A DNA stretch of 64,000 nt from NCBI GenBank assembly GCA_965219685.1, contig CBDCOH010000002.1, forward strand, positions 416,001 to 480,000, read 5' to 3'. A program made the position numbers and the translations under genes. Numbering within the stretch: the stretch's first letter is position 1; each line of letters opens with the position of its first letter. This DNA is from Candidatus Spongiisociaceae bacterium (GTDB lineage Bacteria > Actinomycetota > Acidimicrobiia > Spongiisociales > Spongiisociaceae). The notes under the pieces are model-generated. The model made no database searches, was not told the DNA's origin, and was given only the letters and a program-made list of their open reading frames with translations. Below are positions 41,660 to 51,620 of this stretch, one piece after another.

Positions 41660-42269
41660 GCAGAGGGATGGGATGCCTCCCCTGCTCGTCCTGGCGTGTG
41701 GGGCGCTGGCGTCGGAGATCCGGCACATTATCCGGATCAACGGCTTGAGCCACATCACCCTGATGTGCCTACCCGCCCGTTTTCACAACACACCGGACCG
41801 TATCGTTCCCGAACTCGAGACCCGGCTCGAACGTTTGGCGCACATGTACGAGAGGATCCTCATCGGGTACGCCGACTGCGGTACCGGGGGCCGGCTCGAC
41901 TCGCTGGTCGACCGCTGGGAGAACGTCGAGCGCCTTCCGGGAGCCCACTGCTACGAGTTCTTCGCGACCTCGCCGAGGTTCATGGAACTCCACGAGGCGG
42001 AACTGGGGACCTTCTACCTGACCGACTTTCTTGCCCGGCACTTCGACCGCCTGGTCTGGGATACGCTCGGGCTGTCCCGCCACCCCCAGTTGCGCGACAT
42101 GTACTTCGGTAACTACCGCAAGCTCGTCTACCTATCGCAGTTCGACGATCCGGAACTCTACAAGATGGCCGAGGAGGCAGCCGACCGCCTGGGCCTCGAG
42201 TTCCATCATCATCCGGTCGGTCTGGGAGATCTTGGTATGAGCTTGGAGAGATTCGCGGCGGCGGGTTGA
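41652..42269 (+). CDS. DUF1638-like protein (associated with corrinoid reactivation)
   Basis: LACGAL, CLPARFHNTP, GYADCGTGG, HCYEFF, GTFYLTDFL, MYFGNY; operon context. Confidence 0.8.
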   Translation: MSEQRDGMPPLLVLACGALASEIRHIIRINGLSHITLMCLPARFHNTPDRIVPELETRLERLAHMYERILIGYADCGTGGRLDSLVDRWENVERLPGAHCYEFFATSPRFMELHEAELGTFYLTDFLARHFDRLVWDTLGLSRHPQLRDMYFGNYRKLVYLSQFDDPELYKMAEEAADRLGLEFHHHPVGLGDLGMSLERFAAAG

Positions 42270-42314
42270 TCCGTTCATGCCTGGCGAACGGCGATCGACG
42301 GATCCTCGCGGCTC

Positions 42315-42701
42315 ATGACCGGACGACGAACCAGCGCGCGCAACCAGAGAGCGCGCTCGGAGTTGATCACGATCCTTTGGCGCGACATACCTGCGCAGGT
42401 CACAGCGCGATCGGGAAGGAACAAGATGGCGGTCGAGCTACCGGGACGTTTCCAGACCGCCATAGACCGAGCGGCGATGGTGGCGGGTTGCCACACCTAT
42501 AGCGAGTACATCGAGGAATGGCGCCGGACCGCCACTCCTTGCAGCCAGGACGTGGAGGCAGAGGCGAAGGCGGCAGCCGCCCGGATCGAGCACGAATTTC
42601 CCAACGAGAGATTGTTCCGCATTGCCGCGAACGGGGGATTCGACGAATCCGCGGGGTCCCGGGAACCGCTGCCGGACCGGAGCAAGGACGGGGGGCCATG
42701 A
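42315..42701 (+). CDS. Small 'virulence factor'-family protein typical of corrinoid methyltransferase clusters
   Basis: ILWRDIPAQV...RFQTAIDRAAM...YIEEWRR. Confidence 0.7.
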   Translation: MTGRRTSARNQRARSELITILWRDIPAQVTARSGRNKMAVELPGRFQTAIDRAAMVAGCHTYSEYIEEWRRTATPCSQDVEAEAKAAAARIEHEFPNERLFRIAANGGFDESAGSREPLPDRSKDGGP

Positions 42702-43606
42702 CGAGCACGGTCGTCAGTTCGGCAACCAGGGAAGTGGTCATCGGTCCGGATCGCCCCTTCGTGGTCATCGGGGAACGGATCAACCCGACCGGCCGTAAGC
42801 TGCTGGCGGCCGAGATGCGGGAGGGCGACTACCACCGTGTAGAGGCGGACGCCCGAGCCCAGGTGGCGGCCGGCGCCCACATGCTGGATGTGAACGCCGG
42901 TATACCGCTGGCCGACGAGCCGGCCATCCTGGCCGAGGCTATCCGACTGGTCCAGTCCCTCGTGGATGTTCCCCTGGCCATCGATTCGTCGATCGTCGAG
43001 GCGTTGGAAGCAGGTCTGGCCGTGTACGAGGGAAAGGCTCTGGTCAATTCGGTCACGGGCGAGGAGGAACGTCTGGAGCGAGTCCTTCCGCTGGTGGCCA
43101 GGTACGGGGCGGCGGTGGTGGCTATCTCCAACGATGAATCCGGCATTTCCGAGGACCCCGACGTGAGGTTCGAAGTCGCTGCCAAGATCGTGCGGCGGGC
43201 GGCCGACCACGGGATACCGGCAAGCGACGTGGTGGTCGATCCCCTGGTGATGCCGGTGGGAGCGATGCGGTTTGCGGGGGCTCAGGTCTTCCACATCCTG
43301 CGCCGGTTGCGCGAGGAACTCGGGGTCAACTCCACCTGCGGCGCCTCGAACATAAGTTTCGGTCTGCCGAACCGCCACGGGATCAACAGCGCCTTCCTTG
43401 CCATGGCGATCTCGAACGGCCTCACCTCGGCCATAACGAACCCGCTCGAGAGGGAGATCGTAACCGCGATCAAGGCTGCCGACGTGCTGACCGGCAATGA
43501 CCGAGACTGTGTCGCCTGGATCAGAACATTCCGTGAAACGGGAGCGGCGGCCGGCGGCCGGGGTCGCCGCCGCGGCGGCAGGCGACGGGCTGTCAGAGCC
43601 AGGTAG
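42698..43606 (+). CDS. Pterin-binding methyl-THF:corrinoid methyltransferase
   Basis: IGERINPTGRK, LDVNAG, LAIDSS, LVNSVTGE, DPLVMP, GASNISFGLP; ATG 42698 overlaps the upstream stop. Confidence 0.9.
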   Translation: MTSTVVSSATREVVIGPDRPFVVIGERINPTGRKLLAAEMREGDYHRVEADARAQVAAGAHMLDVNAGIPLADEPAILAEAIRLVQSLVDVPLAIDSSIVEALEAGLAVYEGKALVNSVTGEEERLERVLPLVARYGAAVVAISNDESGISEDPDVRFEVAAKIVRRAADHGIPASDVVVDPLVMPVGAMRFAGAQVFHILRRLREELGVNSTCGASNISFGLPNRHGINSAFLAMAISNGLTSAITNPLEREIVTAIKAADVLTGNDRDCVAWIRTFRETGAAAGGRGRRRGGRRRAVRAR

Positions 43607-43616
43607 GAGTCGATCC

Positions 43617-45650
43617 ATGGCCGCCCGCCCGGTTCAGGTCATCTTCACCCCCTCCGGAAGGAGGGGAACGGTCGACGCGGGGACAACCGTCCTCGAGGCT
43701 GCCCGCCACCTGGGTGTCGACATCGACTCGGTGTGCGGCGGGAGAGGCTTGTGCGGTCGCTGCCAGGTGACGCTCGGCTCGTCGGTGAGCATCCCCGGCA
43801 CCGAGGATCGCCTGTCGGCGCCGGATGCCGTCGAACTGCGTTTCAGGAACCGGCGCCGTCCCCTGCGCGAAGGTCATCGGCTCTCGTGCGCCGCCCGCCT
43901 GCGGGCCGACGCCGTAGTCGATGTCCCGCCATATAGCCAGGTGCGGAAGCAAGTGGTCCGGAAACGCGCCGAAGTGGTGGACATCCCGGTGGACCCCGTC
44001 GTGCGCCTGCACTACCTCGAGGTCGAGCCTCCCGACATGCACCGCCAAGCCTCGGATCTGGCCCGGGTGCTGCGGGCGCTGGAAGAGCAGTGGGACATCA
44101 TCGGGGTGGAGGTCGACCACCACGTTCTGGTAGTACTGCAGGACGCGCTGCGGGCCGGTGAGTGGACGATCACCCTCGCCGTGCACGATGGGGCCACAGT
44201 CACCGGAGTCTGGCCCGGTTTCCATGACGGGCCGGTGGGTGTGGCGATCGATGTGGGTTCGACGACGGTGGCGGGACATCTCTGCGACCTTTCGACCGGC
44301 TCGATCCTTGCATCAGCCGGGATGATGAATCCCCAGATCCGTTTCGGCGAGGACCTCATGAGCCGTGTCTCCTACGTGATGATGAACGACGGGGGCGAAC
44401 AGGAGTTGACGGGCGCCATCCGGGGCGCCCTGGACCAGTTGGTCGGCGAACTGGTGGAGGCGGCCGGGCTGCAACGGAGCGCGGTCCTTGAGGTGGCACT
44501 GGTCGGCAACCCCATCATGCATCACCTGGTTCTCGGAATCGATCCCCGGAGGCTGGGTGTGGCGCCCTTTGCCCTGGCCACCGACGGCCCGGTCAGGACG
44601 CCGGTCTCCACGATCGGAGTCCAGGCTCATCCGGGTGCCCGACTGTACGTCCTGCCCTGCGTGGCGGGTCACGTCGGCGCCGACGCGGCCGGCGCGGTGC
44701 TGTCGGAGGGTCCTCACCGCGGGCAGGACATCCAGTTGCTGGTCGACGTGGGCACCAACGCCGAGATCGTCCTGGGAAGCGCCGGACGTCTGCTCGCCGC
44801 CTCGAGTCCCACCGGTCCTGCCTTCGAGGGCGCTGAGATCAGTTCCGGTCAGCGAGCAACCCCGGGCGCGATCGAGAGGGTCCGGATCGATCGGACCAGC
44901 CTGGAGCCGCGTTTCAAAGTGATCGGTGCCACGATGTGGTCGGACGAGGAAGGCTTCGAGGAGGCCACGGCCAGCACCGGTGTCATCGGCATATGCGGCT
45001 CCGGGATCATCGAAGCGGTGGCGGAACTCGCCCTCGCCGGCGTGGTGTCATCGGACGGACTCATCGTCGATCCCGGGCGCACGGACCGGGTCACGTCGGA
45101 AGGCCGGTCTGCCACGTACCTGCTCCATGACGGGTCGTCCTCGGGCGGGACCCGCATCGCGATAACCCAGAACGACGTCAGGTCCATCCAGCTTGCCAAG
45201 GCCGCCCTCTACGCGGGTGTCCGGTTGCTCATGGACCACCTGGGAGTGGACCGGGTGGATGAGATCCGGCTGGCGGGTGCGTTCGGCAGCCACATCGATC
45301 CGGTCTACGCCATGGTCCTGGGCATGATTCCCGACTGCGACCTGGACCGTGTCTCGGCCGCAGGCAATGCCGCCGGTACCGGCGCCACGATGGCCCTGCT
45401 CAGCGGCACCGCGCGGCGTGAGATAGAGGGCCTTGTACGGAAGGTGGAGAAGATCGAGACCGCGGTGGCGCCGGGCTTCCAGCAGCACTTCGTGGCGGCG
45501 ATGGCCATTCCCCATGCCACGGCGGCCTTCGAGCAACTGGCCCGGCGGGTGGATCTGTCGGGTATCGCGTCGGGCGAGCCGACCGGCCACGGCCGGCATC
45601 GCCGCAGGACCGGACGCAGGAACCGCAGACGACGGGTAGGAAGGATTTGA
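43617..45650 (+). CDS. RamA/RACE-type ATP-dependent corrinoid reductive activase (2Fe-2S plus ASKHA, DUF4445-like)
   Basis: CGGRGLCGRC...LSC; AIDVGSTTV, GEDLMSRV, VDVGTNAE, PTGPAFEG, LAGAFG, GNAAGTGA. Confidence 0.9.
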   Translation: MAARPVQVIFTPSGRRGTVDAGTTVLEAARHLGVDIDSVCGGRGLCGRCQVTLGSSVSIPGTEDRLSAPDAVELRFRNRRRPLREGHRLSCAARLRADAVVDVPPYSQVRKQVVRKRAEVVDIPVDPVVRLHYLEVEPPDMHRQASDLARVLRALEEQWDIIGVEVDHHVLVVLQDALRAGEWTITLAVHDGATVTGVWPGFHDGPVGVAIDVGSTTVAGHLCDLSTGSILASAGMMNPQIRFGEDLMSRVSYVMMNDGGEQELTGAIRGALDQLVGELVEAAGLQRSAVLEVALVGNPIMHHLVLGIDPRRLGVAPFALATDGPVRTPVSTIGVQAHPGARLYVLPCVAGHVGADAAGAVLSEGPHRGQDIQLLVDVGTNAEIVLGSAGRLLAASSPTGPAFEGAEISSGQRATPGAIERVRIDRTSLEPRFKVIGATMWSDEEGFEEATASTGVIGICGSGIIEAVAELALAGVVSSDGLIVDPGRTDRVTSEGRSATYLLHDGSSSGGTRIAITQNDVRSIQLAKAALYAGVRLLMDHLGVDRVDEIRLAGAFGSHIDPVYAMVLGMIPDCDLDRVSAAGNAAGTGATMALLSGTARREIEGLVRKVEKIETAVAPGFQQHFVAAMAIPHATAAFEQLARRVDLSGIASGEPTGHGRHRRRTGRRNRRRRVGRI

Positions 45651-47191
45651 ATATGAGAACGCGGCGAAGACGGAGAACCGGGGGACGGGCAGCACGCCAG
45701 GCTATGCGGACAGCCCGGGTCATCGATCAGCAACCGTTCCTCACCCGCGCCCTCGGCCGCACCGAGGTGCTCTCCCAAGAGGGCATCGAGCTAATCGAGC
45801 ACAACGCCGACACGCTCCTCGAGGAGGTTGGCATCGAGATAATGAACTTCCCCGAGGCTCTCTCGATCTACGCGGACGCGGGCGCCGACGTCAGCGGTAC
45901 GCGGGTCCGGTTCCCTCGGGGAATGTGCCGGGAGATCATCACCCGCTCCGCGCCCGCCTCTTTCGTCCAGCACGCCCGGAACCCGGCCCGGTCGGTCACG
46001 ATCGGGGATCCGCACATAGTGTTCGCACCGGCTTACGGCTCCCCGTTCGTGCGCGATACCGACGCCGGTCGCCGCTACGCCACCATCGAGGACTTCAGGA
46101 ACTTCGCGAAGCTCGCCTACATGAGCCCGGCACTGCATCATGGTGGTGGAACCCTCTGCGAGCCGGTCGACCTACCGGTCAACAAGCGCCACTTCGACAT
46201 GCTCTACAGCCATGTCGTTTACCACGACAAGCCGTTCATGTCGTCGGTGACCAAGCCCGAAAGGGCCCAGGACTCGGTCGACGTCGTCAAGATCGTGTTC
46301 GGGGAGGACTTCGTGCGCGACAACACCGTGCTGATGGGCCTGTGCAATGCCAACTCCCCCCTTACATGGGACTACGCGATGCTGGGATCCGCCAAGGTCC
46401 TCGCGGAGAACAACCAGTGTTCCCTGATCACCCCGTTCATCATCGTCGGCGCCATGTCGCCGGTGACAGTGGCCGCGGCGGTGACCCAGACGCTTGCGGA
46501 AGCGCTGGCCGGCATAGCCTTCACCCAGATGGTCCGTCCGGGGGCGCCCGTCATCTTCGGCTCATTCGCCGCGTCGATGTCGATGCAGAGCGGGGCTCCC
46601 ACCTTCGGCACTCCGGAGCCGGCCCTCGTGCTCTACGCGGTTGGCCAACTTGCCTCGCGTCTCGGGATTCCGTTCCGATCGGGTGGCAACCTGACCGCCT
46701 CGAAGATCCCGGATGCCCAGGCTGCATACGAGAGCGCCACCACCTTCCTTCCCGCCCTCTCGGCAGGCGTGAACTTCGTTCTCCATACAGCCGGGTGGCT
46801 CGAGGGTGGCCTGACGATGGGGTACGAGAAGTTCGTGCTCGACGCCGACCAGGCCTCCATGATGGCGCGCCTCGTTGGGGGAGTGGACCTGACCGAGAAC
46901 GGCCAGGCCATGGAGCCGCTCCTGACCAACGGTCCCGGCCAGCATCACCTTGGCACTGCTCATACGATGGCCAATTTCGAAGAGGCCTTCTGGGTGTCGA
47001 GCCAGGCCGATATCGACAGTTTCGAACAGTGGGAGTTGAACGGGTCGTTGGACTCGGTGAGCAGGGCCAACGCGGAGTGGAAGCGCCTACTCTCGGAGTA
47101 CGAGCGGCCGCCCCTGGACGACGCGGTGCACGCCGAGTTGAGCGAGTGGATCGCAATGCGCAAGGCCTCCTTCCCGGACTCGGACGTTTGA
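45647..47191 (+). CDS. Trimethylamine methyltransferase family (MttB), non-pyrrolysine, MtgB-like
   Basis: FAPAYGSPFV, GGTLCEPVD, NANSPL, GAMSPVT, GAPTFGTPE, HTAGWLEGGL; no in-frame amber codon. Confidence 0.9.
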   Translation: MNMRTRRRRRTGGRAARQAMRTARVIDQQPFLTRALGRTEVLSQEGIELIEHNADTLLEEVGIEIMNFPEALSIYADAGADVSGTRVRFPRGMCREIITRSAPASFVQHARNPARSVTIGDPHIVFAPAYGSPFVRDTDAGRRYATIEDFRNFAKLAYMSPALHHGGGTLCEPVDLPVNKRHFDMLYSHVVYHDKPFMSSVTKPERAQDSVDVVKIVFGEDFVRDNTVLMGLCNANSPLTWDYAMLGSAKVLAENNQCSLITPFIIVGAMSPVTVAAAVTQTLAEALAGIAFTQMVRPGAPVIFGSFAASMSMQSGAPTFGTPEPALVLYAVGQLASRLGIPFRSGGNLTASKIPDAQAAYESATTFLPALSAGVNFVLHTAGWLEGGLTMGYEKFVLDADQASMMARLVGGVDLTENGQAMEPLLTNGPGQHHLGTAHTMANFEEAFWVSSQADIDSFEQWELNGSLDSVSRANAEWKRLLSEYERPPLDDAVHAELSEWIAMRKASFPDSDV

Positions 47192-47192
47192 G

Positions 47193-48056
47193 ATGACCGG
47201 TCCATCCAACTCTCGCTCCGGTCTTGACCCCGCCGCTAGGGCGGCGGTCAGACGGATCCTCGAACACCCTAAGTTCGAGGTCCTTCCCCTCAAGAACGTG
47301 CTCGACCAGGTGGGGTGGCTGCCGGAAGGCGCCACGGTGTCCATCACAGCCTCGCCCACCAAGACGCTCGAGGACACGATGAGCGTGGCCGCAGAACTCC
47401 GTCTGCGGGGCTTCGACGTGATACCTCACCTCTCGGCCCGCATGACCCACGACAAGACGCATCTAGCCGGGTTGTTGGGGCGAATGGAGCAGTTGGAGAT
47501 CTCGAGTGTCTTCCTGGTCGGCGGCGATGCGCCGCAGCGCGGGATCTTCCCTGACGCCTACTCCCTGCTGATGGCCATGGACGATCTCGGCCATCACCTC
47601 ACCGACATAGGGGTGACTTCCTACCCCGAGGGACATGCCGTGATCCCCGACCCGAAGCTGCGCCAGGCTCTTCACGACAAGCAGCCCCATGCGGCATACA
47701 TGACGACCCAGATGTGTTTCGACCCCGCAGCGATCGGCGCCTTCATATCCGGTTGCCGGGCCGACGGCATCGCTCTCCCTGTCCAGATCGGGATTCCCGG
47801 GGTGGCAGAACGGTTGAAGCTGATCCAGATCTCGACCCGGATCGGGGTAGGTCAGTCCGTGCGGTTCCTCTCCAAGCACCGGGGGCTGGTGAGCCGGTTC
47901 ATCAAACCCGGCGGGTACGCACCCGAGGACCTTCTCGAAGGCCTGGCGCCGGTGGTCGTAGATCCCGCCGCAGCCATCGTCGGAGTCCACATCTATACGT
48001 TCAACCAGTGCGAGACCACCGAGCGCTGGCGCCAGGAGTACCTGGCGAGCTTGTAG
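47193..48056 (+). CDS. metF: Methylenetetrahydrofolate reductase family protein
   Basis: IPHLSAR, LVGGD, SYPEGH, TTQMCFD, HIYTFNQ. Confidence 0.85.
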   Translation: MTGPSNSRSGLDPAARAAVRRILEHPKFEVLPLKNVLDQVGWLPEGATVSITASPTKTLEDTMSVAAELRLRGFDVIPHLSARMTHDKTHLAGLLGRMEQLEISSVFLVGGDAPQRGIFPDAYSLLMAMDDLGHHLTDIGVTSYPEGHAVIPDPKLRQALHDKQPHAAYMTTQMCFDPAAIGAFISGCRADGIALPVQIGIPGVAERLKLIQISTRIGVGQSVRFLSKHRGLVSRFIKPGGYAPEDLLEGLAPVVVDPAAAIVGVHIYTFNQCETTERWRQEYLASL

Positions 48057-48100
48057 TTCTCCGTCGAGCCAATGGCGCGGTGCGGTCCGGGAGCCCCGAA

Positions 48101-49879
48101 GTGAAGCCCTCGCCAACGCCGGATCCCATGGTTTCCGGGGGCGTCTCGGCTCGGTTCGATGACCTGGTTGACCGGCACCTATCGCTCAACCTGCACGATC
48201 CGTACCGGGTGTTGGCGACCAACCGCACCGAGGAGGTCCGCGATGTGATCGAGAGGGCGGAGGCGGAGTCGCTGGCCGGGGCGTGGGTGGCCGGTTTCGT
48301 GGCCTACGAGGCGGCGCCCGCCTTCGATGATGCGTTGGTTGTACGGGCGCCTCGGCCCGACCTCCCCCTTGCCTGGTTCGCAGCCTTCCGTTCCTCGGGC
48401 ACCGAGCCGGCTCGACGCGGAGGGGGGTACCGGATGGCTCCTTGGCGTCCGGAGATTTCCGCCGGCGAGTACGAGGCGGACGTGACCGCCATCCAGGAGT
48501 CGATCACCATCGGCGACACCTATCAGGCCAACTACACGTTGCGGCTACGGGGGAGCGTGGAGGGGGATCTGGGATCCGTATATGCCGACCTGCTCCAAGC
48601 GCAAAGGGGCGGTCATCACGCATTGATAAGAACCGGTCGCCACACGGTGGTGTCGGCTTCGCCGGAGCTGTTCTTCAGATGGGACGGTCGAAGGCTGGAG
48701 AGCAGGCCGATGAAGGGGACGATGGCGCGCGGCCGGTGGGAACAGGAGGATCGTCGCCACCGGGAACGTCTGCTTGCCTCGGGCAAGGACCGGGCGGAGA
48801 ACGTCATGATCGTCGACCTTCTGCGTAACGACCTGGGCAGGGTTGCCCGGTTCGGTACGGTGCAGGTCGAGAGGCTGTTCGAGATCGAGCGCTTCGAGAC
48901 GGTCTGGCAGATGACCTCGACGGTCGCCGCCGACACCCTGCCCGGCATAAGCCTGTTCGACATCTTCGCGGCCATGTTCCCGTGCGGCTCGGTGACCGGG
49001 GCGCCGAAGGCCAGGACCATGGAGATAGTCCGGTCGCTGGAGATCTCCCCGCGCGGGGTCTACTGCGGTGCGATCGGGTTGCTGGCGCCACCCGGGTCGG
49101 GGCGGCCCAGGGCCGAGTTCTCAGTGGCGATCCGCACTGTGGTGGTGGACGAGCGGGACGGTTCGGCCGAGTACGGCGTCGGCGGGGGTGTGGTACACGA
49201 GTCGACCGCCGCGGACGAGTACCGGGAGGCGATGGTGAAGGCAAGGGTGCTGGAGCGGCGGAGAGCACCCGTGACCCTGCTCGAGACCATGCGCTGGGAT
49301 CCAGGAGAAGGGATCTGGTTGCTCGAACGGCATCTGGACCGCCTCCGATCCTCGGCCCGATACTTCGGGATCACCCTTCCCGAGGTGGAGATCGCCGGGT
49401 TGCTGGAGAGGGTGGAAGGTGAGGCTCCGCTCCGGGTCCGCCTGCTGGTCCCCGAGCAGGGCCGACCGTGCGCCGAGATGGCGCCGCTGGTCCCAGGTTC
49501 CCCGATCGTGGGTCTCGCGATCGACAGCGTAGCGGTGGACCGATCCGACATCCTCCGGTACCACAAGACCACCTGCCGGGATCGCTACGAGGAGGCGTCT
49601 GCCAGGCACCCCGCGGCCGATGACGTGGTGCTGGTCAACGAACTCGGTCAACTGGTCGAGACGACGATCGCCAATCTCGCGGTACGGGTCGGGGATGAGT
49701 GGCTGACCCCACCCATCGAGGCCGGATGCCTTCCGGGAACCTACCGGCAGGAACTCGTCGATGCCGGTGTCCTCCGCGAGCGCCGCCTCGCGGTGGGCGA
49801 TCTGCTCTCATCCGACGAGATAGCCGTGATCAACTCGGTCCAGGGGTGGCGGCCTGCCAAGCTGCTCGATATCAAATAA
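48101..49879 (+). CDS. pabB: Fused aminodeoxychorismate synthase component I / 4-amino-4-deoxychorismate lyase
   Basis: GDTYQAN, SASPELFF, RPMKGT, AENVMIVDLLRNDL, FPCGSVTGAPK; then LLETMRW...HKTT...ETTIAN...GCLPG. Start GTG 48101 or ATG 48128. Confidence 0.9.
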   Translation: MKPSPTPDPMVSGGVSARFDDLVDRHLSLNLHDPYRVLATNRTEEVRDVIERAEAESLAGAWVAGFVAYEAAPAFDDALVVRAPRPDLPLAWFAAFRSSGTEPARRGGGYRMAPWRPEISAGEYEADVTAIQESITIGDTYQANYTLRLRGSVEGDLGSVYADLLQAQRGGHHALIRTGRHTVVSASPELFFRWDGRRLESRPMKGTMARGRWEQEDRRHRERLLASGKDRAENVMIVDLLRNDLGRVARFGTVQVERLFEIERFETVWQMTSTVAADTLPGISLFDIFAAMFPCGSVTGAPKARTMEIVRSLEISPRGVYCGAIGLLAPPGSGRPRAEFSVAIRTVVVDERDGSAEYGVGGGVVHESTAADEYREAMVKARVLERRRAPVTLLETMRWDPGEGIWLLERHLDRLRSSARYFGITLPEVEIAGLLERVEGEAPLRVRLLVPEQGRPCAEMAPLVPGSPIVGLAIDSVAVDRSDILRYHKTTCRDRYEEASARHPAADDVVLVNELGQLVETTIANLAVRVGDEWLTPPIEAGCLPGTYRQELVDAGVLRERRLAVGDLLSSDEIAVINSVQGWRPAKLLDIK

Positions 49880-49983
49880 TGTCTGGTGGGAGAAAAATTC
49901 TATAGAACAATAGATGTGTTAGGGGTATTAAGGGAAGCTCCAGTGGTATGGTGAGGCCTGACCGACGAAAGGAACCACCCCCC

Positions 49984-50289
49984 ATGAACTCCAGCGACCC
50001 GGTCACCGAACGCCATCTGGATACCAAGCTCGCCGAGTTCCGAGATTCGGTGGAGAGCCGTATCGATACGAAGATCGCGGAGTTGGGGTCCTCCTTGGAG
50101 GCCCGGTTCGATACGAAGATCGCGGAGTTGCGAGCATCCATCGAGACGCGGCTCAATGACCAGACCAGGTGGGTGATCGGCTGGATGACGGTGCTGGTGC
50201 TCGGTGCTACCCGGTCTGGTGATCAGCCTGGGCTAGTCTCCCGGATCGGTGAGGTGGGGGCGGTCAGCGCACAAGGGCCGCTACGGTGA
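49984..50289 (+). CDS. Small coiled-coil protein with C-terminal hydrophobic segment (DUF1640-like)
   Basis: VTERHLDTKLAE...DTKIAEL x2...QTRWVIGWMTVLVLG. Confidence 0.5.
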   Translation: MNSSDPVTERHLDTKLAEFRDSVESRIDTKIAELGSSLEARFDTKIAELRASIETRLNDQTRWVIGWMTVLVLGATRSGDQPGLVSRIGEVGAVSAQGPLR

Positions 50290-50950
50290 GCGTCAGCACC
50301 GCCACCGCGATCAGCAGTGTTCCTAGGCAGCCGCCGGAACGCGTCCTGCGCGCTTTCGCTGGACTCTTCCCGACGGCAGCCGCGCCTCCGGAAGCATCGG
50401 GCGCGTGCTCGCGAAGGACTGCGGCGGTCCGGTCCTCGAGTTCCCTTCTCTCCGCGACCGCCTGCCGGGTCTGATCCTGGAGTTGGGAGAGCTCCGAACG
50501 TTGTTCCTTTGTGAGCCAGCGGGCTTCCACCTTGTCCAACTCGCTTACGGCCTTGGCGGTATCGAGCAGCAGCAACGCTTGGGCGGCCGCCTTCATGTGC
50601 CGTTCGGCCGCCGCCCGGAACCGCGTCTGGCGGCGTACAGCGCCCTCGAGGTGAAGCGTGGCGCCGCGGCGAAGTTCGGCCGACAGGAGAGCGAGCAGGG
50701 TCTCGGTTGTAGGGTCGTCGGCCAGTGCGAGCAGGCCTTCGTAGTGATCGGCGCGGGCCAGGAACTGGATCCGGGCCGCCAGCTTCTCGGCGCGGTCAGT
50801 CGCCTCGGCGCGGCTGGTCCGGACCCGGTCGACCATTTCCTGCTTCACTGGCGGGTCCGCCCGGTTGGCGATGCTCAGTGCCCCATCGAAGTCGAGACCG
50901 TCGAGAGCCGCTTCGAATCCCGCGACCCGACCCGTGTCCTCTGCTGACAT
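50264..50950 (-). CDS. Hypothetical helical protein with C-terminal membrane anchor
   Basis: Ala/Leu/Glu-rich ORF ending GGCLGTLLIAVAVLTLTVAALVR; start trimmed to ATG 50950. Confidence 0.6.
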   Translation of the reverse strand: MSAEDTGRVAGFEAALDGLDFDGALSIANRADPPVKQEMVDRVRTSRAEATDRAEKLAARIQFLARADHYEGLLALADDPTTETLLALLSAELRRGATLHLEGAVRRQTRFRAAAERHMKAAAQALLLLDTAKAVSELDKVEARWLTKEQRSELSQLQDQTRQAVAERRELEDRTAAVLREHAPDASGGAAAVGKSPAKARRTRSGGCLGTLLIAVAVLTLTVAALVR

Positions 50951-51028
50951 GGGCCAGGAGGGTACTTCGATCCCCGGGCTGTCGTGTAGTCTCGACGGCA
51001 TCCCATCCGGCACCACCAAGGAGAGATC

Positions 51029-51526
51029 ATGGCGCTGACCGTCGGTTCTGCAGACTTCAACGATGGCGACTACCTGGGCGCCGACCACATCCTCGCCGAG
51101 GAGTACGGGTTCGGCTGCGCTGGCGGCAACCGGTCACCCCACCTTTCATGGTCCGGCGCTCCGGAGGGCACCGCTAGTTTTGCGGTTTCCTGCTACGACC
51201 CCGACGCTCCGACCGGTTCGGGCTTCTGGCACTGGGTGGTGGTGAACATTCCCGCAGACGTGAACGAACTTCCAACCGGCGCCGGAGGCGGATCCGGGAT
51301 GCCCGCCGGAGCCTTCCAGACCCGGACCGACTTCGGCCAGCCGGGTTACGGGGGCCCGTGCCCGCCCGAGGGAGACCATCCCCACCGGTACGTGTTCACG
51401 GTTCATGCGGTGGGAGTGGATGCTCTGCCGGTGAACGCCGACACCATGCCTGCGGTCGTCGGGTTCATGCTCCACTTCAACACCCTCGAGAAGGCAACCC
51501 TGATGGGGCTCTACAAGCGCGGCTAG
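51029..51526 (+). CDS. YbhB/YbcL (PEBP) family protein
   Basis: GNRSPHLSW, YDPDAPTGSGFWHW, YGGPCPP, HRYVFTV. Confidence 0.93.
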   Translation: MALTVGSADFNDGDYLGADHILAEEYGFGCAGGNRSPHLSWSGAPEGTASFAVSCYDPDAPTGSGFWHWVVVNIPADVNELPTGAGGGSGMPAGAFQTRTDFGQPGYGGPCPPEGDHPHRYVFTVHAVGVDALPVNADTMPAVVGFMLHFNTLEKATLMGLYKRG

Positions 51527-51620
51527 GCGAACTCTATTCCGCAGCTCTTCTCGGGTGCGTGAGCGGTACGGGCGGGCGCCGGGTAGACGGCCGTCGGACG
51601 GCCGGTCAGGGTAGCCGACC

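Noticed and set aside
45647-47191. Pyrrolysine-containing MttB
   Set aside because: No in-frame TAG and no pyl genes in the window.
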